This document shows positions 49,026 to 58,968 of a stretch of DNA of 64,000 nt, piece by piece. This stretch comes from a virus, in IMG/VR virus record IMGVR_UViG_3300021518_000005, positions 19,228 to 83,227 of that record; one strand, given 5' to 3'. Every line of letters begins with the position of its first letter. The first letter of the stretch is position 1. Both the position numbers and the translations under genes were made by a program. The notes beneath the pieces are model-generated. The model worked only from the letters and a program-made list of their open reading frames with translations. It was not told the DNA's origin and searched no databases.

Positions 49026-49244
49026 GTTGCGACAAGATCATGGTGATGAATGTGATTGAAAGAAGCTGAACGGCATGGGCATTCCCTCACCATCAGCGGC
49101 AGTTGCAACAAGATCATGGTGATGAATGTGATTGAAAGTGGCGAGAAGTTGCACCATTACTTGTGCAGTTAGCAAGTTGCAATACGGTGTTACTGATATA
49201 TGTGATTGAAAGAACAAAGTATTGTTGATATATGTAATTGAAAA
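49026..49244 (+). CRISPR. mini CRISPR array: three 37-nt repeats plus a partial fourth, two spacers
   Basis: GTTGC(G/A)ACAAGATCATGGTGATGAATGTGATTGAAAG at 49026-49062 and 49102-49138; degenerate copy 49176-49212; spacers 39 and 37 nt. Confidence 0.9.
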
Positions 49245-49446
49245 ATCAGCATGATACAGCAACAAAAACATCACATCTAAACATGAGTCCTACACATGTA
49301 AAATATTGGTTAATTTCTTTGCCATTACTCGATATGTCGCATTGGAATGCGGTATCATAAAGATGAGTACATTGTTATACAATTGACTTGACATTGGTTT
49401 TAGATGTGATATAGTTGTCGAAGTTTCATTTAGCCGTGTCGGGAAC

Positions 49447-49779
49447 ATGATTACACTACAACGTATTACGTGGGGCAAGCGAGCACAGATTGCAGTAACG
49501 GCACAGGGCCGACGCACGGATGGGCCGGTTGAATTGGTTGTTCGCCGTCCTGGACAAGCGTTAGACACGGCACCTCTTTGTACGGTGCCGTGTACGGTAT
49601 TTAGTGCGGCGAGCGGTCGGCAGTCGTGTGTATCGGTGCATGCAGAGTTGGACACCAGCACGCTAGAGGCGAATACCTATTACGCTTTTGGCGTGTATCA
49701 GTACACAAGCGGATGTGTGAAGGCATTACTGTTGGGGGCGTTTTTTGTCGAGGAGCCAGCGTATGAAGCGACTGCGTAG
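49447..49779 (+). CDS. hypothetical protein
   Basis: follows a TTGACA promoter at ~49388. Confidence 0.5.
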   Translation: MITLQRITWGKRAQIAVTAQGRRTDGPVELVVRRPGQALDTAPLCTVPCTVFSAASGRQSCVSVHAELDTSTLEANTYYAFGVYQYTSGCVKALLLGAFFVEEPAYEATA

Positions 49780-50251
49780 TCACACGGGAACCATCATCCC
49801 CGATCACGATGTGCCGCCGTGGATTATGGAGCGCATGGCAGCATACGTCCATGCGCTGTGCTTATTTGGCTGGCGATTCTACGTTGGGATGTCAGACGAT
49901 CCAGACGGTGAGGGCACCGCTGATGCGGTTGTCTTGGTTGACAGTAAATACTTTACGGCGACGTTCCTGTTTTGTAGGGACATTGCCAATGATGAGGATG
50001 GGGCGCATATCATCCTGCATGAACTCATGCACGTTGCGTTATCGCCGTTATGCGATGCGTTTGATCAATCTGTGCGTCTGTTTGTGGATGAGTACAGTAA
50101 TCATGTGCGTGTTGCCGAGTTGCGGGAGTATGGCGAAGAGCGCACGATTGAAAGTCTGGTTCGTGCGCTTAGGCCGGTCTTAGAGCCGCATGTCAAAAAG
50201 TACATGCGTGAGCAGCGTCAAGCAGCTACGCCTACAAAGAAGGTGGCATAA
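49763..50251 (+). CDS. HExxH metallopeptidase-like protein
   Basis: IILHELMH motif. Confidence 0.6.
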   Translation: MKRLRSHTGTIIPDHDVPPWIMERMAAYVHALCLFGWRFYVGMSDDPDGEGTADAVVLVDSKYFTATFLFCRDIANDEDGAHIILHELMHVALSPLCDAFDQSVRLFVDEYSNHVRVAELREYGEERTIESLVRALRPVLEPHVKKYMREQRQAATPTKKVA

Positions 50252-50381
50252 TGGAAGATACCACGTATCCAGTAGTGCAGTTCCTTGAACTGTACGGCCA
50301 TGTGTTTATTGCAGGTGCTGTAGTGTTTTGGGTATGTCTTATTATCGCATGTGTACTCCTAGTTCGATGGATTGTAAAGCA

Positions 50382-50714
50382 TTAAGCATCAGCTGTCTTT
50401 TTCTTTGTCAGGCGCGGCCCTTTCCGCGTCTTCCGCAATCGGTAGTTGGGTGCTGGCATGGATTCTAGCTCGGCTTTGGGGACGAACCATGCCATTGCCC
50501 CTGGCCTTCCAAGATCAACTTGATAGGCTGTCTTGAAGACACCGCGTAAGCAGTAATGCTTGACGGTGTCTACCGCAATATTTACGTCATGGCCCTCGGC
50601 CTTCCATTTCGCATTGAGAAACTCCTGTGCTTCTCGTGTCGAAAGATCGGTCGGATCTTTCCGGCCTTGTGTGACCTCGACGGGCGGACGCTCATGTTTT
50701 TTATACTGTGCCAT
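50382..50714 (-). CDS. HTH_17-like DNA-binding protein
   Basis: LSTREAQEFL...TVKHYCLRG...W.VP. Confidence 0.6.
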   Translation of the reverse strand: MAQYKKHERPPVEVTQGRKDPTDLSTREAQEFLNAKWKAEGHDVNIAVDTVKHYCLRGVFKTAYQVDLGRPGAMAWFVPKAELESMPAPNYRLRKTRKGPRLTKKKTADA

Positions 50715-50745
50715 TATTCCTCCTGTTAACACGTTTTCGGCAAGC

Positions 50746-50775
50746 ATTGTACCGTAGTGGTAAGTCTGTTGTCAA
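50746..50775 (-). promoter_or_regulatory. promoter/operator copy 14 (degenerate), divergent from the terminase promoter
   Basis: TTGACA-18-TACAAT; TTGTACC-GTAGT-GGTAAGT. Confidence 0.6.
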
Positions 50776-50995
50776 GGTGTATTTGACAGCGGGCTTTGCC
50801 GTGCTAGGATAGATATGTATTGTACATTGTATAAACAGGAAACTCATGCCTCGCCGAAATAGTAACGCTAAGAACCAGAAAGAGTCCTACAAACCGCTGA
50901 ATGTGGTGGCTGTTCTTCGCTCGCTTCCTTCTCTTGGTTCTGGCAAACGATTGACCGTGCCAGCCAAGCACACCGAATCGACTTCGTGATGCTAC

Positions 50996-51661
50996 ATGGC
51001 CGATGCCAGCGATCCTAAACTCAAACCAGGCCGCTCGCCGCGCCGCCAAAAAAAAGCAACTGACGATCTTCGGCTAGAGCGTCAGTTCTTTGTGTGCAAT
51101 TTGCGTTTTCACGAAAAGCTCTCGTATATTGAAATAGCCGAGCGCTACCAGCAGACATACAACGAGACTATCGCGGTATCGACTATTGGCGAATGGATAC
51201 GGGAACATCGCAAGCGCTATCTGGCTGAGATTGATGGCATGCTCGATGTGGAGCGTGAAGAGCATCGCGCTATTCTCGATTATGCGCTGTCTGAGGCAGT
51301 GAAAGGATGGCGCAACAGCCTACAGCCGACAAAGAAAAAGAGTGTCATTGTTGAAAATGGTATTGAGCCAAAGACCGGCAACGCCTACGACAAACAGATT
51401 ATTGGCGATGAAGAAACCAGTAATGCGGGTGATCCGCGCTTCTTGAAGGTCATGATTGAAGCGTTAAATCGCCATGCCAAGCTGACAGGTATCGATCCTG
51501 CACCGAAATCAGCCCAACGAGTTGACGCGCCGGAAGCCAACCCTGACAAAATGCCCTGGGCAATTATGGCGGCTGCCTTGCAGGATAAATTTGAAGCCTT
51601 GGACGATGATGATCGGCGCTTAATCTTGGGTGAAGTGGAGGATACCGGCGATGCAACATGA
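50996..51661 (+). CDS. terminase small subunit (putative)
   Basis: HTH N-terminus; overlaps the terL start. Confidence 0.65.
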   Translation: MADASDPKLKPGRSPRRQKKATDDLRLERQFFVCNLRFHEKLSYIEIAERYQQTYNETIAVSTIGEWIREHRKRYLAEIDGMLDVEREEHRAILDYALSEAVKGWRNSLQPTKKKSVIVENGIEPKTGNAYDKQIIGDEETSNAGDPRFLKVMIEALNRHAKLTGIDPAPKSAQRVDAPEANPDKMPWAIMAAALQDKFEALDDDDRRLILGEVEDTGDAT

Positions 51662-52911
51662 CGCTATCGCCAAAGCAGGAACAGGTATTACTCTCTGCGC
51701 AGTTTGGAAAGACACGCCTTAACATTCTTGATGGTGCAGTACGATCAGGTAAGACCTATATTAGCATTCCTGCCTGGGTGCAGTTCGTCACCTCGTTTCC
51801 TGATCCGACTATCCCCTTTTTGATGACGGGCCGAACAGAGCGCACGTTGTATCGGAATGTTATTGGGCCGATGATCGGCATGTACGGCACATCGCACATT
51901 AAGTACAAAGGCTCACTTGGAGAGTTGCGTATCGGTGATCGTCTCTGTTATCTCGCTGGCGCATCGAATGAAAAGTCAGAACACAAAATTCGTGGTCTTA
52001 CCGTAGGCGGCGTGTACAGCGATGAGTTAACATTACATTCACAGTCGTTCACCTCCATGGCTCTCAGTCGCATGAGTGTACCAGGTGCTCGATTTTTTGC
52101 AACAACAAATCCCGACTCACCAGCACACTACGTCAAGAAGAACTTCCTTGATCGTGCAGCAGATTTAGATTTACGCCATTGGCGCTTTCGCCTAGAAGAT
52201 AATCTTCATCTTCCTAAAGAATATATTCGAGCGCTTAAGGCGGAATTTTCAGGATTGTTTTATCGCCGCCTGATTTTGGGCGAATGGTGCATGGCCGAAG
52301 GTGCTATTTATGATTGTTTTGACCCATCACTTCATGTTGTCGACTCACTGCCTGATAAGCGCATTCGTGCATGGGTTGGTATCGACTATGGCACGATGAA
52401 CGCTACCGCATTTGTGTATATCCTGGAAGCACTTGACAGCACCAACAGACCAGCGCTGTACATTGCCGATGAGTACTATCACGATGGCCGTGGAAGTGGA
52501 AAGCAAAAAACTGATGCACAATATAGTAGTGATCTCAAACTCTGGCTAAAACAACTTCCTCTTGAGCCAGATAGGATTTACATTGATCCAAGTGCCGCGA
52601 GTTTTATTACACAATGTCATCGAGATGGCATTGCTCGTGTTAGCCACGCGAATAATGATGTATTAGATGGCATTCGCAGTGTGAGTATGCTGTACGCAGA
52701 TCAGCGTTTATTCTACGTGAAGCACAAAGCACCGATAACGCAAGAGCAGACACAAGGCTATACGTGGGATGATAAAGCAACGTTGCGCGGGGAAGACAAA
52801 CCGATCAAGGTAAACGATCATACACAAGACGCTAAACGATACGGCATCATGGGTGCTCGAAACACATGGCGACACTGGTTTACCGCAACAACACTACCAA
52901 GAAAGAAATAA
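51658..52911 (+). CDS. terL: terminase large subunit (PBSX-type)
   Basis: GAVRSGKT, YSDE, TTNPD, GIDYG, DPSA, DHTQDAKRY. Confidence 0.95.
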   Translation: MTLSPKQEQVLLSAQFGKTRLNILDGAVRSGKTYISIPAWVQFVTSFPDPTIPFLMTGRTERTLYRNVIGPMIGMYGTSHIKYKGSLGELRIGDRLCYLAGASNEKSEHKIRGLTVGGVYSDELTLHSQSFTSMALSRMSVPGARFFATTNPDSPAHYVKKNFLDRAADLDLRHWRFRLEDNLHLPKEYIRALKAEFSGLFYRRLILGEWCMAEGAIYDCFDPSLHVVDSLPDKRIRAWVGIDYGTMNATAFVYILEALDSTNRPALYIADEYYHDGRGSGKQKTDAQYSSDLKLWLKQLPLEPDRIYIDPSAASFITQCHRDGIARVSHANNDVLDGIRSVSMLYADQRLFYVKHKAPITQEQTQGYTWDDKATLRGEDKPIKVNDHTQDAKRYGIMGARNTWRHWFTATTLPRKK

Positions 52912-52923
52912 CGAGGCGCGTTT

Positions 52924-54450
52924 ATGCCACTTGATATTGCTGCTACATCTGAATGGCCTCCTGCCTGGTGTCGTGGGCCGGTGTATTGGAAGTACGCAGA
53001 ATGGGATGCGTGGTTCTCTGGCTCCCCTGATCGCCTTGCAGCCTATTATAGCCATGCCGTATCATGCGACACACCGCAAGGCCATATGTGGGCGCGTGAA
53101 GTCAAGCAGCAGATGAGCACCGTGGTACACATGCCACTTGCGGGCGACATTGCCGCTACGAGTGCAGCACTATTGTTTAGCGAAGCACCGATCTTCAGTA
53201 TTAATCCTACAACGTCTCAGAACGTCGTAGCAGCCCAACAACGCCTTGATGCATACATTCAGCGAGCAAACATCATAGCCAAGCTCCTAGAGGCTGCTGA
53301 GACGTGCGCAGCCCTGGGCGGCGTGTATCTCCGCGCAACCTGGGATGTGCGTCTTGTCGATTATCCTATCCTCGATGTGGTACAGCCGGATAATGTGGTG
53401 CCAGAATGGGCATGGGGCATGCTACGGGCGGCTACATTCTGGCAGGTCGTGTATGAAGATGAAAAGGAATGTTTGCGCCATTTAGAGCGTCACGAAATCG
53501 GCGCGAACGGGAATGCACACATTTATCATTATCTGTATCGAGGAACATACGGAAAGGCGGGCGTGCCTATCCCGCTTACTGCAAGTGGGGTGACAGCTGA
53601 TCTCCCGCCATTTATCGATACAGGCATTAAAGGCCTTGATGTGCGGTATATTCCGAACATGCGCCCGAATCGCTTGGAGCGTCAATCGCCGCTTGGGGTA
53701 TCGGATTACGTGAGCAAAGAGTCCCTATTTGCCTCGCTTGATGAGGTCTGGACTCAACTGATGAACGAACTCATTCTTGGTAAAGCACGGCTGTTTGTGC
53801 CTGAAGAATACCTTGACTTTTCGCATTCCCGCGCTACATTTAATGTGGACACCTCCGTATTTACGCCACTGAATGTTGACCCGATGAGTACCGAGTCTTT
53901 TAACGGCGTCAAAATGATACAGCCTGATTTGAGAGTCGACAAGTATTTGCTTGCCTGTCACAGCCTCGTGCGTGAACTGATTAGTCGCTGTGGATATGCA
54001 CCGCAATCGTTCGGCCTCGACATCGAGGGTAATGCACCATCAGGTACCGCGCTGCGCATTCGGGAGCGCAAGAGCTTGATTACGCAAGGCAAGAAGCAAG
54101 GATATTGGCAGAGTGCATTGCAGGATATGCTAGGTATTCTCTTACAGCTCGATTACACTGTATTCAATAGTGGTATTTTGCCGAGTCAGGTGCTGGTACA
54201 ATATGCCGACTCAGTGCATTTTGATATGGCTGAAGTTGCGCAGACCGTCAACATGCTCTCAGCAGCAAACGCGGCAAGCGTTGAGGTAAAAGTACGCATG
54301 CTCCATCCTGATTGGAGTGATGATCAGGTATTGCAGGAAGTAACCACAATCAAACAGGAAAGCGGATCAGTTGTGCCTGATCCGCTCGAAATGATGATGA
54401 TTGCCGGTATTGAACCGGATGGAGAAGTTGGAGAAGTTGGAGAAGTTTAA
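52924..54450 (+). CDS. portal protein
   Basis: 508 aa after terL; ALGG, Y.PN, PLGVSD, SGTA motifs (A118/SPP1-like). Confidence 0.9.
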   Translation: MPLDIAATSEWPPAWCRGPVYWKYAEWDAWFSGSPDRLAAYYSHAVSCDTPQGHMWAREVKQQMSTVVHMPLAGDIAATSAALLFSEAPIFSINPTTSQNVVAAQQRLDAYIQRANIIAKLLEAAETCAALGGVYLRATWDVRLVDYPILDVVQPDNVVPEWAWGMLRAATFWQVVYEDEKECLRHLERHEIGANGNAHIYHYLYRGTYGKAGVPIPLTASGVTADLPPFIDTGIKGLDVRYIPNMRPNRLERQSPLGVSDYVSKESLFASLDEVWTQLMNELILGKARLFVPEEYLDFSHSRATFNVDTSVFTPLNVDPMSTESFNGVKMIQPDLRVDKYLLACHSLVRELISRCGYAPQSFGLDIEGNAPSGTALRIRERKSLITQGKKQGYWQSALQDMLGILLQLDYTVFNSGILPSQVLVQYADSVHFDMAEVAQTVNMLSAANAASVEVKVRMLHPDWSDDQVLQEVTTIKQESGSVVPDPLEMMMIAGIEPDGEVGEVGEV

Positions 54451-54697
54451 GACGGCTTTACATGCAAGCCAAGTGTCTTGTCGTAAGCTAAATCTTGAAC
54501 AGCAACGACATCACCAAAGAATGGATCGTCAAAATAGAATTTGCCACCAGCAAACCAGTACGTAGCCGGTTCCATGGTCATTGCCCGAAGTACGTCGGGA
54601 TCGATTATTTCCGTTTCCTGATAGCGAATAATCGTATCGTCAACGAGTTGTACGTCATTTTCGGATACGTTTGCTAATTGTGCCACATCAGATCGTC

Positions 54698-55240
54698 TCA
54701 TGAGCCGTTCTCCTTGAGCCAGCGCTGTGCTTTAAGCCCAACAAGGCTGTTGGTGCTGGCAATGTCTTTCATAGCCTCAGATACACTTACCTCGCTTCCT
54801 GTAGGTGAAATAAGGAGCCATACATGATCGCGGTTGCCGTAAATGTCGTTGAACGCATTTGCGCCGAATGCATCCATACTTTCCTCATCTTCTCGATGCC
54901 AACGATAGCCAGCCTCTCTAAGGATGGCATTTACAATACGGCGCTGTTCGGCCCGCGCCCGTCGTGTGTCGTCAGCTTCGCGGCGGCGCTGCTCTTCCAG
55001 GCGACGCTGATTATTGATCGTGTCCGTCATTGCACGGGCACCCGTTCGGGCATACTCAATAATGTCGTCAATATCCGTCATGCCAAGTTCTTTGGCCTCA
55101 GTAAGGCGCTGCTTGGCCGCGCCGTATGCTGGCCCTGCTTGGGCTAAATCATTCAGTAGTTGTGATACCTTCGGATGATTCTTTTGACGCTTGCTTGTGG
55201 CCTCAAACACAACGCCTGTGTATTGACATGTGACTTGCAT
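54698..55240 (-). CDS. hypothetical protein (island in head module)
   Basis: GAGG SD, downstream of promoter copy 15. Confidence 0.6.
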   Translation of the reverse strand: MQVTCQYTGVVFEATSKRQKNHPKVSQLLNDLAQAGPAYGAAKQRLTEAKELGMTDIDDIIEYARTGARAMTDTINNQRRLEEQRRREADDTRRARAEQRRIVNAILREAGYRWHREDEESMDAFGANAFNDIYGNRDHVWLLISPTGSEVSVSEAMKDIASTNSLVGLKAQRWLKENGS

Positions 55241-55295
55241 GAATAACACCTCGGTGATGTTTCTTTCGGAAAGTACATTGATTGAACCTGACAGC

Positions 55296-55324
55296 ATCTT
55301 ACCATAGCGGTACAACAAAGTCAA
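55296..55324 (-). promoter_or_regulatory. promoter/operator copy 15
   Basis: TTGACT-17-TAAGAT; TCTTACC-ATAGC-GGTACAA. Confidence 0.75.
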
Positions 55325-55821
55325 TACCCCAATTTCACGACAATCCGGCTGCCGTGAATTTCACCTACATACCGTTTACCCTCCTCCATGTGTAATTGAT
55401 CGCGCATGCCAGAAACGTTGATTCGTACACCGCCCTTGTTGACGACGACTGCATACCCACCTGCGTCTTCTGTAAGATACAACACACGATCTACCTGCTC
55501 GACACGTAGGCGTAGTGGCATTCCCGCATCGCGCTGACGCTGAAGCGCATCGTACAAGCTCTTGCCGATGCGTAGGCTAACAGCTGGCTCATGTCGCCGT
55601 GCCTGTGCCACGTATTGCAGATACACATGATTCGCACCAGGACGCCCGCCTTTGCCTGCTGTATTTCGGCGCTCCTTTGGGCGCTGTTCTTCTCGTTGTA
55701 ACGCATCGGCTTTTACTCGTAGTTCCTGGCTGATTGTAGCCAACTCATCAGCCAAGACGCGACAAGCGCGAGGCGTCCTAGTGTTGATGAGTAATTCTTG
55801 GAGTTTCGCTCGTGCGTTCAT
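55321..55821 (-). CDS. hypothetical protein
   Basis: GAGGTG SD; 166 aa. Confidence 0.6.
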   Translation of the reverse strand: MNARAKLQELLINTRTPRACRVLADELATISQELRVKADALQREEQRPKERRNTAGKGGRPGANHVYLQYVAQARRHEPAVSLRIGKSLYDALQRQRDAGMPLRLRVEQVDRVLYLTEDAGGYAVVVNKGGVRINVSGMRDQLHMEEGKRYVGEIHGSRIVVKLGY

Positions 55822-55888
55822 CTGTCACCTCTAATACAAAGCCGGATGGTAGTAGTATACCATCCGGCTTGCCGTAAAATAGCAACAG

Positions 55889-56272
55889 TTACGAGAAGAT
55901 ATTGAACTTGTTTGCGTAATAGAGCTTATCAGCCGGTGCAGACCGCTCGAAACCCTTCACGGGCACCAGCGAAACTACCTCACTTGGAAAGGCCTGGGCG
56001 CTAATAATCGAGCCAATAATTAGCACATTTCCGAACAACTCTCGAATGCCAGCAATTTCACTATAGCCCTGCTCGCTGCCCGTAAATTGCGTGCTCACAA
56101 AAGTGATTCCAGCATTACGGGCTTCTTCATTTGTTACATCCACTTCTTGCGGTGTTGCTTTAAGTGTATAACCGCTTGGCTCTACCGTAACCACGTCGCC
56201 ATTGGCGTTTTGGAACCGAATTTCATGCGGCGTACAGTTGATAAGATGAAGTCCGTCGATGTCGTAAATCAT
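55889..56272 (-). CDS. hypothetical phage protein
   Basis: INCTPHEI motif; AAGGAG SD. Confidence 0.65.
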   Translation of the reverse strand: MIYDIDGLHLINCTPHEIRFQNANGDVVTVEPSGYTLKATPQEVDVTNEEARNAGITFVSTQFTGSEQGYSEIAGIRELFGNVLIIGSIISAQAFPSEVVSLVPVKGFERSAPADKLYYANKFNIFS

Positions 56273-56312
56273 ACCTTGGCGTCTCCTTGTGAGTAGTAAG
56301 TTCAATAGACGT

Positions 56313-56341
56313 ACAATACCATATCGGTAAGAACTTGTCAA
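56313..56341 (-). promoter_or_regulatory. promoter/operator copy 16
   Basis: TTGACA-17-TATTGT; CAATACC-ATATC-GGTAAGA. Confidence 0.8.
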
Positions 56342-56694
56342 GTACTTGCATTACGCTCACGATGTCGCGCCTCTCGCTCTTTCAATTCCTCCTGTAGTGC
56401 AAGTGCCAATGCAGGCCAATCACCACAGTTGTGCTTCAAATCGGCTTGTAGATCTTGCCAGGTCATTGGCTTAGGCTCCCATTGGCTTTCTAGTCCATAA
56501 CAACTGCAATGTGAGGCATGTACTTCAAACAATTGTCTGTTCTCCACATAATACACAACTGCTTGACCGTAGTAACCGTATTCGTGTGGATCGCCATACG
56601 CAGCAACCAATATATCGATACTGTCAGGAAGCTCTACTTCAAATTCCTTGGCAACGTCTTGGCGATTTTTGAACCAGTCCACATATTTAGGCAT
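56338..56694 (-). CDS. hypothetical phage protein
   Basis: EVHASHCSCYGLE..W motif. Confidence 0.65.
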   Translation of the reverse strand: MPKYVDWFKNRQDVAKEFEVELPDSIDILVAAYGDPHEYGYYGQAVVYYVENRQLFEVHASHCSCYGLESQWEPKPMTWQDLQADLKHNCGDWPALALALQEELKEREARHRERNAST

Positions 56695-56916
56695 AAGATA
56701 CTTCTCCTATACGCGATACACTTCTAGTGCTTCCACATCCTCTAGTTCGCGCTGGTATCGAAACGCACGATCATACCAGTATACAACAGCATCAAGATCG
56801 AGTGTCTGTGCTGCTTGACGCGCTTGTGCCTCGCAATACTCGATAATGTCTAGCAGGTCATCGGATGTCAGCAGTGCCATGGTTGTGCTCCTTACGTGCT
56901 TGAATGTCCTGTACAG

Positions 56917-56945
56917 ACCTTACCATATCGGTAAGATATTGTCAA
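56917..56945 (-). promoter_or_regulatory. promoter/operator copy 17
   Basis: TTGACA-17-TAAGGT; CCTTACC-ATATC-GGTAAGA. Confidence 0.8.
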
Positions 56946-57639
56946 GCACGTATTTTGAAGCTACCAGATCGGCGACTGCTTGAGTATTTCTGACAATCGC
57001 GCATCAGCCTGCACATGTGCTAGCGAGCGAATAATAATGCGTTGTTGTATCTTTCCTGGTGCCGCAATCAAGCCATCTTCACCGCGATCAAGGTGTGTAC
57101 TTGCAATAGCAACCTTGCCGCGTAGCTGGTTCAGGCGCAATCCATTGAGGCATACAACAAGCGCTAGATGTGGCTTAGACGCAAGATAGTATGTCTGTTG
57201 GATACCAGCAGTGTACGTTACAGCACACTGTCGAAACTGTTGTGGATTATCAATGAATACATGCATCTGTTTTCCTGACACTAAAAATCCGCTATGGTAC
57301 TATGAAAATATAGTACCATAGCGGCAAGTTTTGGGCAAGATTTCAGTCACTCAATTGTTATTTTGCTTCGATAACGCTCAAGTATTTGTAGTTTTACCAC
57401 GTTAGGTATATACGGCTTTTCTATGTTATTATTTCGCGTGTACATTGTACTGTACACCGCCACGGCTCTGAAATGATGCCTTTTACTTGATCGCTCGTAC
57501 CTTGTGTACTCACAAAACATAAGCTTTTGTTCGCGATCGTCATACCAATATCCCCATTCTTCTTTGGTAAGCTCGTCTCCACTTACAATCTCTAGAAGCT
57601 CCATGTTTATGATCCTTTATGTTACTGATTGCTCAACGC

Positions 57640-57668
57640 ATCTTACCACGCCGGTACATCGTTGTCAA
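57640..57668 (-). promoter_or_regulatory. promoter/operator copy 18
   Basis: TTGACA-17-TAAGAT; TCTTACC-ACGCC-GGTACAT. Confidence 0.75.
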
Positions 57669-57675
57669 TCTTTTT

Positions 57676-57703
57676 TTGACATTGCATACCGATATGGTAA
57701 GAT
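57676..57703 (+). promoter_or_regulatory. promoter/operator copy 19, back-to-back with copy 18
   Basis: TTGACA-16-TAAGAT; GCATACC-GATAT-GGTAAGA; ATG 6 nt later. Confidence 0.75.
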
Positions 57704-57709
57704 TATCTC

Positions 57710-58828
57710 ATGAGCCAAGCACGTAATGACATCAGTATTGAACTTGCCCGGTCGGTAGCACGTATCTATGAGCAAGTCGAATATGAGTTGCTGCGCAAGA
57801 TAGCGCGGCGTCTTGCTCGTGGGGCGACTGAACCAGGATGGGCAGAGGCGAAAATGCAAGAGATTGTGGCATTGCGCGCTGAACTTGCGGCTATCATTGC
57901 TTGGCTTCAACGCAACGGTGCCAGTGCGCTCGATGATGCAGCAATTCAAGCGTATATACAGGGTGACACAGAAGCTCGCCTAGACTTGCGCCGTGTGTAT
58001 GCGAGTGCAGCTCGATTGCAGGCAGACCGCCGTACAACATTGGTAGCTGCTAGGGCTTATGCAGATGCCAATAAACAAACGTTTCTTGACTCACATCTGA
58101 GTGTCTATCGTGGCACCGAGGATGTCTACCGTTCAATTATTGCGAAAGCCGCACAACTGACAACGACAGGAACGATTACAACACAAGAAGCGATGCGTCG
58201 TGCGCTGTATGAATTTACTGATCGTGGAATTACGCGCTTTGTTGATAGGCGCGGGCGCTCGTGGGGCATGCAAGAATATGCAGATATGGCCGTGCGTACA
58301 GCGGTGACACGGGCATATATTCAAGGCTCTGTTGATCAATACCAGCAAAATGGGCATAACTTAGTTATTGTGTCGAATTCGCCTGAAGAATGTTCGTTGT
58401 GTCGCCCATGGGAAGGTAAAATTCTATCGCTTTCAGGGCGGCAATACAACTATATCAGTAATTCGTATTATCCGAGCATACAAGAAGCGACGGCTGCCGG
58501 ATTGTTTCATCCAGGATGTACCCATCGTGTGAATGCCTACATTCCAGGCCTTACACGTGAGATGGAAGGCACCGAGAACCCTAAAGGCTATGAAGAACGG
58601 CAAAAACAGCGCGACATGGAACGCACGATACGTCAGTACAAGCGCCGTAAAGTAGCGGCGCAAGCAGTGAGTGACACACAACGCGCTCGTGAAGCACAAG
58701 AGAAGATTGACGCATGGACAGATGCACTTGAGGCATACATTAAGGAAAAAGATCGAACGCGCCGCCGCGATCGTGAGGGTATCGCTCGTGGCATTCCCTA
58801 TGCCTCTGCCGATGACGTAACTTCGTAA
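57710..58828 (+). CDS. minor capsid protein (Phage_min_cap2-like)
   Basis: D..GR.W, YA.MAVRT, C..C.PWEGK, GLFHPGC.H, QR.MER.IR..K. Confidence 0.88.
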   Translation: MSQARNDISIELARSVARIYEQVEYELLRKIARRLARGATEPGWAEAKMQEIVALRAELAAIIAWLQRNGASALDDAAIQAYIQGDTEARLDLRRVYASAARLQADRRTTLVAARAYADANKQTFLDSHLSVYRGTEDVYRSIIAKAAQLTTTGTITTQEAMRRALYEFTDRGITRFVDRRGRSWGMQEYADMAVRTAVTRAYIQGSVDQYQQNGHNLVIVSNSPEECSLCRPWEGKILSLSGRQYNYISNSYYPSIQEATAAGLFHPGCTHRVNAYIPGLTREMEGTENPKGYEERQKQRDMERTIRQYKRRKVAAQAVSDTQRAREAQEKIDAWTDALEAYIKEKDRTRRRDREGIARGIPYASADDVTS

Positions 58829-58896
58829 TACACCCATTACTGATACCTCTTTTCCTGTTTTTATTGCGTTCTAACGCCATATTTCGTGTACTATAT

Positions 58897-58924
58897 TTGA
58901 CACGTCTTACCGAAATGGTAAGAT
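58897..58924 (+). promoter_or_regulatory. promoter/operator copy 20, upstream of scaffold and capsid
   Basis: TTGACA-16-TAAGAT; TCTTACC-GAAAT-GGTAAGA. Confidence 0.8.
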
Positions 58925-58968
58925 ATATGTGATTATCGTGTTTTTATACAGGAATTTCCAAGAGTACC

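Noticed and set aside
49038-49274. Minus-strand ORFs with repeated FNHIHHHDLVAT
   Set aside because: Translation of the CRISPR repeats
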